From positions 1 to 54,027 of the forward strand of contig CAYYEY010000001.1 of assembly GCA_964471175.1 (NCBI GenBank): a stretch of DNA of 54,027 nucleotides. The letters are read 5' to 3'. A program made the translations under genes and the position numbers. The notes below the pieces were generated by a model. It saw only the letters and a program-made list of their open reading frames with translations, had not been told where the DNA came from and ran no database searches. This DNA is from an uncultured Candidatus Saccharibacteria bacterium (lineage in GTDB: Bacteria; Patescibacteriota; Saccharimonadia; Saccharimonadales; Saccharimonadaceae). Below are positions 18,311 through 28,855 of this stretch, in pieces (positions within the stretch are counted from its first letter, which is position 1; each line of letters starts with the position of its first letter).

Positions 18311-19291
18311 TTAGGGGCGCAATTTTGAATAAACTTTCCAGGATGATTTGAATATATTTTTATTGGCAAGAAGCGCATAGATTGCAGCTTTATCACGTTT
18401 AGTGGCAACCGGATTTTTAGTAATGAACTTTCGATTACTTTTTAGATAGTCTATTATTTCTTGCTCTTTGCCAGATTGGACTGGAGATAATTTTTTATTT
18501 ACCATTTGTCTTAAAACACTAAATCTAGCGTGCATTCTGCGTAAATCTGTGGTGTTTTTAAGATAAGGATGAAGCTTGTCGATATCATCACACATTTTAT
18601 CTGTGAATGTAATGATATCAAGTTTTTGCTCATTAAAATCGCTGTTTGAAATGGAGTCTTCACGTTTTTTGTAGATGTATTTTGGTTCTGGCCCGTAAGC
18701 AATACGCGGGCATTTTTCTATTAATTTATAAGTTGTAGCAAGGTCTTCATGTAATCCGCCCTCCGGAAAGGTAATCCCCTCCCACAGATCGCGACGGTAC
18801 ATTTTAGCATAAGCTACCACTGTGAAACCTTCCTCTCTTAACATTCTGCCAAGGGTCTCCTCGGTGCTCATAACCTTTTCGACATATTCCTCACCGTAAT
18901 TTATTTCTTTACCCTTAGCAGTAATCTCTTTAAGAGCGCAGATAGATAATTTGGAATCATATTTCACAATCAGCGAGAAAAGATACTGGACATAGTCTGG
19001 AGCAACAGAATCATCAGAATCAACAAAAATAACATAGCCACCTTTTGCTTCTAGAATTCCACGATTTCTAGCAGCAGAAAGACCCTTGTTTTCTTGGTGA
19101 ATTACTCTTACCCGTAAATCTCTTTTTGCAAATTCGTCACATTCTATTCCACTGCCATCAGTGGAGCCATCATCTACTAAAATGATCTCTAGTTTAGGAT
19201 AATTTTGTCGAGAAAGTGCGTCAAAACACTCTTTGAGGTAGGGTTTGACATTATATACTGGAACAATAATAGAGATGAGTGGGGTTTCCAT
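18311..19291 (-). CDS. GT2 glycosyltransferase
   Basis: Motifs SIIVPVYNV, VDDGSTD, GLSAARN, FVDSDD and HED. Confidence 0.92.
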   Translation of the reverse strand: METPLISIIVPVYNVKPYLKECFDALSRQNYPKLEIILVDDGSTDGSGIECDEFAKRDLRVRVIHQENKGLSAARNRGILEAKGGYVIFVDSDDSVAPDYVQYLFSLIVKYDSKLSICALKEITAKGKEINYGEEYVEKVMSTEETLGRMLREEGFTVVAYAKMYRRDLWEGITFPEGGLHEDLATTYKLIEKCPRIAYGPEPKYIYKKREDSISNSDFNEQKLDIITFTDKMCDDIDKLHPYLKNTTDLRRMHARFSVLRQMVNKKLSPVQSGKEQEIIDYLKSNRKFITKNPVATKRDKAAIYALLANKNIFKSSWKVYSKLRP

Positions 19292-19298
19292 ATATATT

Positions 19299-19321
19299 AT
19301 TATACATGATTGTGGTATAAT
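19299..19321. promoter_or_regulatory. Back-to-back divergent -10 elements for the GT2 gene and wzm
   Basis: Minus-strand TATAAT (19304-19299) lies 7 nt from ATG 19291; plus-strand TGGTATAAT (19313-19321) lies 6 nt from ATG 19328. Confidence 0.65.
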
Positions 19322-19327
19322 TAATCT

Positions 19328-20134
19328 ATGGGATTTTTGATTTTTAGTAAGAAAAATCGGATTTTGCTCGGAGAATTAGTCAAAACTGATTTTAAGCTTC
19401 GCTACCAAGGGTCAGTGCTAGGATATTTATGGGCGGTTATTAAGCCGCTTCTGATGTTTGCGATTCTTTATATTGTTTTTGCTAAGGTGCTGAGGTTTGG
19501 TGACGAAATTCCACATTATCCAGTTTATCTTTTGGTTGGTACAGTGCTTTGGAACTTTTTTACGGAGTGTACTCAACAAGGTATTCATTCTATCGAGCAA
19601 CGCGGTGATTTGATACGTAAGGTAAGTTTTCCAAAGTACATCGTGGTAGTGAGCGCTACTAGCACAGCAGTGATTAATGTATTGATTAATATCTGTGTGG
19701 TGTTTATCTTTACTTTGATAAATGGTGTGACACCTTCTATCTCTTGGTTAATGATTATCCCACTCCTAATCGAACTTTATATTTTTGCACTAGGTATTTC
19801 CCTACTTCTTAGCTCTATTAATGTTAGGTATCGCGATATTGGCAATATTTGGGACGTATTAACTCAGGCTATGTTTTATGCAGTACCAATTATTTACCCG
19901 CTTTCGATGGTAACTAGTACTTCTTTGCTGGCCGGTAAAATTATCATGTTAAACCCAGTTGCGCAAATCATTCAGGATGTGAGGGAAAACTTAATTACCG
20001 ACGTGACAATTACTAGCTGGGAACTTGCTGGCATTGGTTGGGGATTAATTTCCGTTGGAATCGTAACAGTACTTTTCATAATTTCTGTGTTGTTCTTTAA
20101 GAAACGCTCTAAATATTTTGCGGAGGAAATCTAA
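19328..20134 (+). CDS. wzm: Polysaccharide ABC exporter permease (Wzm/RgpC-like)
   Basis: DFKLRYQGSVLGYLW...PL, RDI, PIIYP and LNPV motifs; six TM helices. Confidence 0.92.
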   Translation: MGFLIFSKKNRILLGELVKTDFKLRYQGSVLGYLWAVIKPLLMFAILYIVFAKVLRFGDEIPHYPVYLLVGTVLWNFFTECTQQGIHSIEQRGDLIRKVSFPKYIVVVSATSTAVINVLINICVVFIFTLINGVTPSISWLMIIPLLIELYIFALGISLLLSSINVRYRDIGNIWDVLTQAMFYAVPIIYPLSMVTSTSLLAGKIIMLNPVAQIIQDVRENLITDVTITSWELAGIGWGLISVGIVTVLFIISVLFFKKRSKYFAEEI

Positions 20135-20934
20135 TGAGTGCCTGGGTAGATAAGTACTTGAAACGGATGCGAGGCGAGGTGGCTCAACGCAATGAGGATG
20201 AAAAGATAGCAATTTCCGTAAAAGATCTATACAAAAGTTTCAAGTTACCAACGGAAAGATCTTGGGGGCTAAAACAGGCAATCTTTAATCGTATCAAAGG
20301 CGTGAAGGGATACACAAAACAAGAGGTTTTGAGAGGTGTTTCTTTTGATATTAAGAAAGGTGAATTTTTAGGAATCGTTGGTAGAAACGGTAGCGGTAAG
20401 TCTACTTTGCTCAAAATTCTTTCAGAAATTTATTTGCCAGATAAAGGGTCAGTTACGGTTAATGGTACGCTCGTGCCTTTTATTGAACTTGGTGTAGGAT
20501 TTAACCCAGAATTAACTGGTCGTGAGAATGTTTATTTGAATGGTGCCTTACTTGGATTTTCTAATAAGGAAATGGACGAGATGTATGATGAGATCGTGCA
20601 TTTTGCTGAACTTGATCAATTCATGGATCAAAAACTTAAGAATTATTCTTCTGGTATGCAAGTACGTTTAGCATTTTCTATTGCAATTCGCGCACGAGGC
20701 GATATCCTGGTCCTAGATGAGGTTTTAGCAGTTGGTGATGCGGCGTTCCAAGAAAAGTGTAATGATTATTTCAAGAGTTTACATGGTAACCAAACTGTCG
20801 TGCTGGTGACCCACAGTATGGATAACGTAGAAAGATTTTGCGATAGAGCAATTTTGATTGAGAATGGCAAGGTTATGTGTGATGGAAAGCCCTCAAAAGT
20901 AACCAAAGAATATATGAAGCTTTGGGACCAATAA
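20134..20934 (+). CDS. wzt: Polysaccharide ABC exporter ATPase (Wzt/RgpD-like), without a C-terminal carbohydrate-binding domain
   Basis: Motifs GRNGSGKST, GFNPELTGRENV, YSSGMQVRLAF and DEVLAVGD; 266 aa; TAATG overlap with wzm. Confidence 0.92.
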   Translation: MSAWVDKYLKRMRGEVAQRNEDEKIAISVKDLYKSFKLPTERSWGLKQAIFNRIKGVKGYTKQEVLRGVSFDIKKGEFLGIVGRNGSGKSTLLKILSEIYLPDKGSVTVNGTLVPFIELGVGFNPELTGRENVYLNGALLGFSNKEMDEMYDEIVHFAELDQFMDQKLKNYSSGMQVRLAFSIAIRARGDILVLDEVLAVGDAAFQEKCNDYFKSLHGNQTVVLVTHSMDNVERFCDRAILIENGKVMCDGKPSKVTKEYMKLWDQ

Positions 20935-22020
20935 TTACTTTGCGGCTTTACGGTATTTTTTTATTGTCATTAAAAATACTCTTGGTGGATATTTAAGAAT
21001 GGACTGTAGAGTTTTCCAATGCTCTTTTGGAAAGTAAGATTTAGCGAGTAGACCTTTTTCATCGGCGTCGTGGAATTCAGCACGCGCTCTTAGCATAAAC
21101 TGTTCAAGATTTTTGTCTTCTAGATATAACATATTATAAAAATAGCTTGCAAACTTTACCGCCTGGAAGATTTTACCATAAATATCCCAGCCACTATGTC
21201 TTTTTAAATAACGTTCGGCTTCGGCATATTCGTCATTAATTTTGAACATTTCTTTCTTTTTGATTGCGGGAGTTTTTTTGTCTAAGTCCAGATGGTGTAA
21301 ATAAGCTTTTTCCGTTAAAACTAATCTGTTACAAGCCGCTAATGTTTTAAAAGAAAAAGTATCATTTTGACTACTATTGCCAAAATTCTCAATAAATAAC
21401 AGGTCACGATTTAGTAAAAAATTTTTCTTGTACAGGCCACAACCAACAACTGGTGGTTGGTAAAAAATGCTAGTGTCTTTAGCTGGGTCAATAACCTTAT
21501 CGGCGTCATCTGCAAGAAATGATTCGTGGATGCGATCTTTCTCGTCACGGTGCTCAAAGTAATTGCTTCTGACAATGTCAGCGTCATGTTTTTTTGCGAG
21601 AGCAAAAAGCTCAATGTACATTTCTGGATCAATGTAGTCTACGGGTTCAACAATGCCGATGTACTCACCTTTTGCAAATTTAATGGCTGCGTTGATAAGC
21701 CTGCCATAATCACTAACTTTGGTTTTGATAATTTTAATACGGGGATCCTTCTTTGCATAATCGTTTAGAATGCTTAGTTTTTCTTCTTGATGACTTTCTT
21801 TTATTTTTTTTTCTGCAATTTCTGCTTCGCTTAATTCTTTTTCTGACTCGTCTTTTATGGGTACCAAAAATAGTACTTCCATATCATCTAAAATCTGGTT
21901 ACAAAGGCTTTTGATACAGTGAGAAAAATCGATCTCCAAATCATTAATGCGCACCAAAATAGTAACACGGCAGTGATCATGCTTTGACACGTCTCGTTCT
22001 TCTTTTTCTTTTTCTGCCAT
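20935..22020 (-). CDS. Divergent GT2-family glycosyltransferase
   Basis: GT-A scaffold is recognisable (YAKKDPRIKII, GEYIGIVEPVDYI, ADIVRSNY), but the canonical N-terminal motifs are degenerate. Confidence 0.75.
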   Translation of the reverse strand: MAEKEKEERDVSKHDHCRVTILVRINDLEIDFSHCIKSLCNQILDDMEVLFLVPIKDESEKELSEAEIAEKKIKESHQEEKLSILNDYAKKDPRIKIIKTKVSDYGRLINAAIKFAKGEYIGIVEPVDYIDPEMYIELFALAKKHDADIVRSNYFEHRDEKDRIHESFLADDADKVIDPAKDTSIFYQPPVVGCGLYKKNFLLNRDLLFIENFGNSSQNDTFSFKTLAACNRLVLTEKAYLHHLDLDKKTPAIKKKEMFKINDEYAEAERYLKRHSGWDIYGKIFQAVKFASYFYNMLYLEDKNLEQFMLRARAEFHDADEKGLLAKSYFPKEHWKTLQSILKYPPRVFLMTIKKYRKAAK

Positions 22021-22023
22021 TTA

Positions 22024-22911
22024 CTATGCTAATTCTTTTAGGTAACGAGCGAGAGCATCTTGCCAAGTTGGAAGTGGCGTAAAGCCATTTTCTTTTAATT
22101 TAGACTTGTCAAGGCGCGAGTTGGATGGACGCTTTGCTATTGATTCGCCGTATTCTGCAGTAGTAACTGGAACAACTTTTGAATTAATGCCAGCTTGCTT
22201 AAAAATTTCTTTGGTAAAGTCAGCCCAGGAAATATAGCCACCTTCGTTTGTGACGTGATAAAAACCATATTTATCAGTTAGGATCATATCAACAAGAAGC
22301 CTAGATAAGTCTGGCGTATAAGTTGGCGTGCCAATCTGATCGTCAACTACACGGACTTCATCGTGATTCTTGCCAACTTCTAGCATAGTTTTGACAAAGT
22401 TTTTGCCATTCTTGCCAAATACCCAAGCAATACGAACGATAAAATATTTGTCCAAATTGCTAGTTACGGCTTTTTCTCCATCAAGCTTAGATTGGCCGTA
22501 AACATTGAGCGGTGCATAATTCTTATCGTCTGGGGTCCAAGGTTCAGTTCCCTGCCCATCAAAGACATAATCTGTAGAAATATAAACCATAGTAGCATCA
22601 ATTTCTTTACAAGCCCTAGCTAAGTTTTCTGTACCTTCTACATTGACTTTGCGAACTACCTCTAGATTGGCTGGATCCTCGGCACCGTCAACATTAGTCC
22701 ATGCTGCACAATGAACAACTACGTTCGGATGATATTCTTCAAAGACCCTTTTTATGGCGTCCTTATCAGTAATATCAAGAGTAGTAGTTTTAAATTCATA
22801 GTTTTCTCCGCCTTGGCGATCGGCACCAAGACAATCAATACCGCGTTTTTCTAATTCTAGCATGGTATCGTGGCCAAGCTGGCCAGAAGTGCCAGTAACT
22901 AAAACTTTCAT
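22024..22911 (-). CDS. rfbD: dTDP-4-dehydrorhamnose reductase
   Basis: Motifs GTSGQLG, HCAAWTNVD, STDYVFDG, YGQSK and DQIGTPT. Confidence 0.95.
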   Translation of the reverse strand: MKVLVTGTSGQLGHDTMLELEKRGIDCLGADRQGGENYEFKTTTLDITDKDAIKRVFEEYHPNVVVHCAAWTNVDGAEDPANLEVVRKVNVEGTENLARACKEIDATMVYISTDYVFDGQGTEPWTPDDKNYAPLNVYGQSKLDGEKAVTSNLDKYFIVRIAWVFGKNGKNFVKTMLEVGKNHDEVRVVDDQIGTPTYTPDLSRLLVDMILTDKYGFYHVTNEGGYISWADFTKEIFKQAGINSKVVPVTTAEYGESIAKRPSNSRLDKSKLKENGFTPLPTWQDALARYLKELA

Positions 22912-23922
22912 TTAGAGCTCCTCCTTCCTGTATTCTCCAGATAGAATATTCTCCCACCACTCCCGATGTTCTAAATACCATTTAATGGTTTTCTTAATGC
23001 CATCTTCAAATTTGGTTTCTGGAAGCCATCCAAGTTGATCGTGGATAAAAGTAGGATCAATAGCATAGCGACGGTCGTGGCCTTTTCTATCCTCAACAAA
23101 TTTGATCAGACTTTCTGGTTTATTTAATTCTTTACAAATCAGTTTAACGATATCAATATTAGCCATTTCATTGTGACCACCAACATTATAGATTTCGCCA
23201 ATCTTACCATTATGGATAATTAAATCAATGGCACGGCAATGATCTTCAACGTAGAGCCAATCGCGGACGTTTTTGCCATCACCATAGACTGGGAGTGGCT
23301 GGCCATTCAGAGCATTAATGATAGTAAGTGGGATTAGTTTTTCTGGAAAATGATATGGACCATAGTTATTAGAACAACGAGAAATGGTTGCTGGAAATTT
23401 ATAAGTGCGGCAGTATGCCATCACTAGCATGTCCGCACCAGCCTTTGATGCGCTATACGGACTACTCGCATGAAGTGGAGTCTTTTCCGTAAAGAATAGA
23501 TCCGGGCGATCTAAAGGTAAGTCACCGTAAACCTCATCGGTAGAAACCTGATGGTAACGTGGGATGTCTAATTCGCGGCATACCTCCATCAAAGTTTGAG
23601 TTCCTTCAACATTAGTTTTTATAAATATTTCTGGACCTTCAATGGAACGATCAACGTGAGACTCTGCAGCAAAGTTTACGACAATATCTGGTTTCTCCTC
23701 GGAGAAAAGTTTTTTCACAGCTTCTTTGTCGCAGATATTAACTTTAGCAAAGCGGAAATTTGGATTTTCCAATGCTTGTTTTAGGGTATGGATGTTACCA
23801 GCATAAGTCAAGCAATCAACACAAATAATACGATAATCTGGATATTTATTGAGCATGTAGTAAACAAAATTTGAGCCAATGAATCCAGCACCGCCAGTAA
23901 CTACAATAGTTTTTTTAGACAT
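22912..23922 (-). CDS. rfbB: dTDP-glucose 4,6-dehydratase
   Basis: Motifs GGAGFIGSNF, AAESHVDRSI, STDEVYG, YSASK and NNYGPYHFPEKLIP. Confidence 0.96.
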   Translation of the reverse strand: MSKKTIVVTGGAGFIGSNFVYYMLNKYPDYRIICVDCLTYAGNIHTLKQALENPNFRFAKVNICDKEAVKKLFSEEKPDIVVNFAAESHVDRSIEGPEIFIKTNVEGTQTLMEVCRELDIPRYHQVSTDEVYGDLPLDRPDLFFTEKTPLHASSPYSASKAGADMLVMAYCRTYKFPATISRCSNNYGPYHFPEKLIPLTIINALNGQPLPVYGDGKNVRDWLYVEDHCRAIDLIIHNGKIGEIYNVGGHNEMANIDIVKLICKELNKPESLIKFVEDRKGHDRRYAIDPTFIHDQLGWLPETKFEDGIKKTIKWYLEHREWWENILSGEYRKEEL

Positions 23923-24487
23923 TTTCCTCCTTTTTAAATGTAATGTTTGCTTCCTTTAACGTTGGGTGTTTCGTGTCCTTTTTGCTTAAGATGATTTCTG
24001 TATCAACTGCTGGCCACTTGATCTTGATATCTTTGTCATCATAAATAATGCCGCCTTCCTCCTCTGGATGATAGAAGTCATCACATTTATAAGCAAATTC
24101 CGCAGTATCAGACAAAACCAGAAAACCGTGAGCAAAACCACGTGGAATCATTAACTGTTTCCTGTTCTCTTCAGATAATCTTTCGCCAACCCACTGACCA
24201 TAAGTTGGACTATTTTCCCTAAGATCAACAGCAACATCAAAAACTTCGCCTTTTAAGACGCGAACTAATTTCGCTTGAGGATGACCAGTCTGGAAGTGTA
24301 AACCTCTCAAAACACCTTTTTTTGAACTAGACTGATTATCTTGGACAAAATTGTAACTAAGACCAGCTTCTTTGAAATCCTTGACACTATATGTTTCCAT
24401 AAAATAGCCGCGTTCGTCACCAAACGCCTTGGGCGTAATAACATAAACGCCGTCGATTTTTGTTTTTTCGAAAGTAAAGTTTCCCAT
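23915..24487 (-). CDS. rfbC: dTDP-4-dehydrorhamnose 3,5-epimerase
   Basis: Motifs DERGYFME, VQDNQSSS, RGLHFQ, DVAVDLR and GFAHGF. Confidence 0.95.
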   Translation of the reverse strand: MGNFTFEKTKIDGVYVITPKAFGDERGYFMETYSVKDFKEAGLSYNFVQDNQSSSKKGVLRGLHFQTGHPQAKLVRVLKGEVFDVAVDLRENSPTYGQWVGERLSEENRKQLMIPRGFAHGFLVLSDTAEFAYKCDDFYHPEEEGGIIYDDKDIKIKWPAVDTEIILSKKDTKHPTLKEANITFKKEENV

Positions 24488-24502
24488 TTTTTCTCCTACT
24501 TA

Positions 24503-25390
24503 TTAGATGTCTTTGCTCTTTTTCTCAGCTGCTCTCTTTAGATGCTGGCCATAGCTAGATTTGCCATATTTGTTAGCTGATTCTAATAGTTCTTCTTTGG
24601 AAATCCAGCCGTTTTTGAAAGCGATTTCTTCCGGAGCGGATATTTCTACGCCCTGGCGTTTCTGAATAACGCGAACAAAATCTGAGGCATCGGCTAGGGA
24701 ATCCATGGTGCCGGTATCAAGCCAAGCAAAACCACGACCAAGAACTTGAACATCAAGACTACCCTCTTTCAAGTAAAGCTCATTTAGTGAGGTAATTTCT
24801 AGTTCTCCCCTTGCAGATGGTTGAATGGTCTTGGCCTTATCGGATACTCCAGCAGGGTAAAAATAAAGACCAGTTACGGCATAATTACTCTTAGGGTGCT
24901 CTGGTTTTTCCTCAATAGAAAGCGCGTGCCATTCCTCATCAAACTCTACCACACCAAAACGTTCTGGGTCGTTAACGTAATAGCCAAATACAGTAGCGCG
25001 GCCATTCTCGGCGTTTTTTACAGAATCAAGTAGCGAGCTGACGAAACCATGACCATAGAAAATATTATCGCCAAGAATCATAGCGCATGGTTCACCATTT
25101 ATAAATTCTTCTCCTAGTGTAAAGGCTTGGGCTAAACCATCTGGAGAAGGTTGTACTTTATAGGAAAGTTTGATACCCATTTTAGAGCCATCGCCTAGGA
25201 GTCTTTCAAAATTAGGGAGATCGGCTGGGGTGGAAATAATTAAGATATCGCGAATACCAGCAAGCATTAAGGTGGCAAGTGGATAATAAATCATTGGCTT
25301 ATCATAAACTGGTAACATCTGTTTAGAAGTGGCTAAAGTTAGCGGATATAGTCTGGTACCAGAACCGCCTGCTAAAATAATTCCTTTCAT
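24503..25390 (-). CDS. rfbA: Glucose-1-phosphate thymidylyltransferase
   Basis: Motifs [30 protein letters not shown] and WLDTGT. Confidence 0.96.
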   Translation of the reverse strand: MKGIILAGGSGTRLYPLTLATSKQMLPVYDKPMIYYPLATLMLAGIRDILIISTPADLPNFERLLGDGSKMGIKLSYKVQPSPDGLAQAFTLGEEFINGEPCAMILGDNIFYGHGFVSSLLDSVKNAENGRATVFGYYVNDPERFGVVEFDEEWHALSIEEKPEHPKSNYAVTGLYFYPAGVSDKAKTIQPSARGELEITSLNELYLKEGSLDVQVLGRGFAWLDTGTMDSLADASDFVRVIQKRQGVEISAPEEIAFKNGWISKEELLESANKYGKSSYGQHLKRAAEKKSKDI

Positions 25391-25463
25391 GAAAAACTCC
25401 TGTTTATTAATATCTATTTTAGCATAAAAACCAGTAGTTTACCACCACTTAACTGATATAATT

Positions 25464-27227
25464 TTATTTATTTTTGCCTGTTTTTAGCATCTTTTTGATT
25501 GACAAATAACTCCACCCTTCCTTAGCAACAAACAGTATAGGAATATACTTCAATAGTTGCAACAAAGGCATGGCTGACGCGCAGTAAAAATTCCTAAAGG
25601 TATTAATAGCCTCGTCGTCTAAATATCCCAAGAATAGGGATACTTCCATCAGTAGCAAAAGCACACTAAGTGCTATCCCTAGCCAAGCGGCCACTAGATC
25701 AAAGTCCTTGTAATCTTTTTGTATGATACGACGCACAAGAATTATCAACGCTATTACTAGTGATATACCAGACAGGATATTCACTACCATTGATAGTTTT
25801 TGGTAAATTTTAACAATTCCGTTTGAATAATTAATCGCTTTGATGTCCCTGTATTCACTTTCGGCTGGAACGTAAAGACTGTTGGTGAAGTTACCAATTT
25901 GCCTTAACCTTGCCGCATCGCCAGAGCTCCTATAATTATTTATTCCAGTATCATCATAAACACTTAAGAGCCAAAACCATTCCGCTTGTTTTCCTAGTCC
26001 ATTAATGATATCCTCAAAGTCCATGCCTCGCATTTGTGCACTAATATGAATTTTGCTGTCTTTTGTTAGACGGCCATCATTAAATGCATCGGATAATTCA
26101 TCTGCTACTTTTTTACTAAAATCATCGGCTTGTTTAGCATCTTTGTAGTAGCCTTTATTCGACATTGCTAGTCTAATTTTCCAAATTACTAAATCTCCGA
26201 GCGATTCGCCACTATCATTAGTCCAACTTTTAATTTCCGACACCTCTTCTTTTAGGTTTTCAAAAGTTGGGCTATTATCATAGATTTTTTCAAACATGTT
26301 TTTTGTTATCCAAACGTCTGTTCCCTGTCTGTTTGGATCATCTATTATCATCATGCTCTTAATCATTTTAGCAAAGTTACCGCTTGATTTATCAGAAGTA
26401 GTAAATACTCCGTATGATTGATAGTTGATAAATGAATAGGCCACGCTAACGACTATAAGAAAAATATACGGGGCAAATAATAATAAAAATTTTGGCCATA
26501 ATAATTCTTTTGCTTCTTTTTTCAATTTTCTTAAAATGAACCATTTTCTGACCCAAAAAATTAAACAGAGTATGCTTATTACTACTATAAATGGCAGAAC
26601 CCAAATTGAATCCTCTTTAATAAACCAATAAGACGCCAGAGAAACTGCCGCGCTAATACTCCATGGTATCAAAGTTTTTATGTTTTTATTTCTTCTGAGA
26701 TATAGTCCAATAAAACTCCCAAAAATAAGTAGAGTCCCAGCTGGCAACAAAGCGTTACGATATAATCGTTGCGATATTAATGTTGTGAACATACACGGTG
26801 CAAAAAGTAACAAAATATAAAGTAAGGCTCTACTTTTTACTCCAAATTTTGGTTTGAATGCTTGGCAAACCACAAAAACAGCTAAAATCCATAATAGTAC
26901 TAGGCCTAAGTTATATGGAATTAAAAGAAAATTACATACTGCCATAAATACTGAAAAGGTTATTCCTTTGGTGAGGGTTAATTGATTATATTCCCCCAAC
27001 CAATTCCCACCACGGATATTAAGAGCATATTCTTGCATTAAATTGTCATCATAAACTTGTTCTGGCCAGATATTTATTGGGGTGTTTAGTGCAAGTAACA
27101 CCCTAAAAACTGTGGCTAGTGCTAGAATAGTAACAATGATTGATTTTTCATGTCGTTTTAGCCACTGAACTATTTTTCTAAACGTGTCTTTATTTCTTTT
27201 CGTGGTACTCTTTTTCGGTGTTGACAT
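25464..27227 (-). CDS. Polytopic membrane protein, putative GT-C-fold glycosyltransferase
   Basis: Acidic YDD motif in the first external loop after TM1, about 12 TM helices and a large external loop. Start uncertain (27227 or 27257). Confidence 0.65.
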   Translation of the reverse strand: MSTPKKSTTKRNKDTFRKIVQWLKRHEKSIIVTILALATVFRVLLALNTPINIWPEQVYDDNLMQEYALNIRGGNWLGEYNQLTLTKGITFSVFMAVCNFLLIPYNLGLVLLWILAVFVVCQAFKPKFGVKSRALLYILLLFAPCMFTTLISQRLYRNALLPAGTLLIFGSFIGLYLRRNKNIKTLIPWSISAAVSLASYWFIKEDSIWVLPFIVVISILCLIFWVRKWFILRKLKKEAKELLWPKFLLLFAPYIFLIVVSVAYSFINYQSYGVFTTSDKSSGNFAKMIKSMMIIDDPNRQGTDVWITKNMFEKIYDNSPTFENLKEEVSEIKSWTNDSGESLGDLVIWKIRLAMSNKGYYKDAKQADDFSKKVADELSDAFNDGRLTKDSKIHISAQMRGMDFEDIINGLGKQAEWFWLLSVYDDTGINNYRSSGDAARLRQIGNFTNSLYVPAESEYRDIKAINYSNGIVKIYQKLSMVVNILSGISLVIALIILVRRIIQKDYKDFDLVAAWLGIALSVLLLLMEVSLFLGYLDDEAINTFRNFYCASAMPLLQLLKYIPILFVAKEGWSYLSIKKMLKTGKNK

Positions 27228-28746
27228 TCCAAATATTTTCCTTTGTTTTCTTACCACCTGTAATGTTTTTTACAGTTTCAAAAGCTGTAACCATTGAATG
27301 ATCCATATTATTATATCTATGTTGACCATTACGCCCAACACAATAAAGATTATCGAACTTATTTAAATAATTGATCAATTTATCAATATCTTTATAGGTA
27401 TCAAAATACGCTGGATAGGCTTTTTGTACTTTTTCACGATGGGAATCTAAAACCTGTTTTTTGTTATTAATAATTCCCATTTTAATAAGTTCATCTGTAG
27501 CAAAATCAATGCATTTTTTGTCAGACATTTTCCAAAAATAGTCGCCTTCATTACAGAAATATTCTAGGCCAACCCAGACTGTATGATCTGGGTCTTTTAC
27601 CATATATGGACTCCAGTTGTTAAAAATCTGAATTCGACCTAATTTAACATCAGTGTCCTGTACATAGATCCAACAGTCTGGAACGATATCCCCAAGGGTC
27701 TTAATTTTAGTTTCATTTTTAAGATTCAATTTTTTCACTAGAAGGCCCACTGTTACAAAATCACGGTACGGTAAGCCGGCGGCAATCTTTTTGATTGATT
27801 CTGGCATCTCTACGTCAAGAGCTAGAGTCAAATCTTTTAAGGGCATGGAGGAAATTACAATATCTGCTTTTAACTTAATTTTCTTGCCACCAACCTCGCA
27901 AATTACACCTGTCACTTTGTTCTTTTTCACTGTTATCTCTATGGCTTTGTGCTTTTTTAGGATCTGTCCGCCCATTTTTTTGATTTGTTCTGCTACTGTT
28001 TCCCACAATTGGCCGGGACCATATTTTGGATAAATAAATTCTTCAATGAGCGAGGTTTCTACATTTTTGCCTTTGATATGCAGCACTTTCTTTGACATAT
28101 CTTTAAGTACGGCAGAGATAGAAAGACCTTTTACGCGTTGTGCGCCCCAATCTGCAGAAATATCACGTGGATGACGACCCCATAACTTTTCTGTGTATCC
28201 TTCAAAGAACATACTGTATAATTTTTTGCCAAAACGATTAATGTAGAAACTCTCAAGTGAATCTTCTGGTTTTTTTACTACTGCACTTTTAATGTAGCTG
28301 CATCCACTAGACACTGTGCGTTTCAAACCCATGTTTTTAAAAGTTTGTGGCTTCATTGTAATTGGATAATCAAAAAACTTTTTTAAGTAGTAGATTCGCG
28401 AGATACGCTGACGAACGAGCATTACTTTGTCTTCTTTTTCTGGATCAGGGCCGCCCGGAACTAATGGTTTTTCTCGGTGAAGTTTCTTGTCATCATAAGA
28501 TGGAAAACCCTGCACTGGCATGATTTTATCCCAAAAATCTAATACATCTTGATCTTTAGAAAAGAAGCGGTGACCACCAATATCCATACGGTTGCCTTTA
28601 TGTTTAACCGTGCGAGAAATTCCACCGATTTCATTGGTAGCTTCTAAGACTGTGACATCATAATTTTTGCTATCTTCTAGCAATTTATACCCAGCCGTCA
28701 AACCAGCCGGCCCACCGCCAATAATAATAACCTTCTTTTTTGGCAT
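27190..28746 (-). CDS. FAD-dependent oxidoreductase (UDP-galactopyranose mutase-like / protoporphyrinogen oxidase-like superfamily)
   Basis: Motifs [38 protein letters not shown] and [14 protein letters not shown]. Confidence 0.85.
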   Translation of the reverse strand: MPKKKVIIIGGGPAGLTAGYKLLEDSKNYDVTVLEATNEIGGISRTVKHKGNRMDIGGHRFFSKDQDVLDFWDKIMPVQGFPSYDDKKLHREKPLVPGGPDPEKEDKVMLVRQRISRIYYLKKFFDYPITMKPQTFKNMGLKRTVSSGCSYIKSAVVKKPEDSLESFYINRFGKKLYSMFFEGYTEKLWGRHPRDISADWGAQRVKGLSISAVLKDMSKKVLHIKGKNVETSLIEEFIYPKYGPGQLWETVAEQIKKMGGQILKKHKAIEITVKKNKVTGVICEVGGKKIKLKADIVISSMPLKDLTLALDVEMPESIKKIAAGLPYRDFVTVGLLVKKLNLKNETKIKTLGDIVPDCWIYVQDTDVKLGRIQIFNNWSPYMVKDPDHTVWVGLEYFCNEGDYFWKMSDKKCIDFATDELIKMGIINNKKQVLDSHREKVQKAYPAYFDTYKDIDKLINYLNKFDNLYCVGRNGQHRYNNMDHSMVTAFETVKNITGGKKTKENIWNVNTEKEYHEKK

Positions 28747-28855
28747 ATTTGCTCCACTTATTAGTATTATTATATCATAAATTAGGATTCTATTTTAATA
28801 TCTTTAAAATAATACTTATGGGTATATTTTATGATAAAATGTATTTAGGAGAAAC

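Noticed and set aside
27190-28746. Calling the flavoprotein hemY or glf
   Set aside because: Only superfamily-level motifs are visible. The glycan context argues against a haem role, but mutase activity cannot be established from the sequence.
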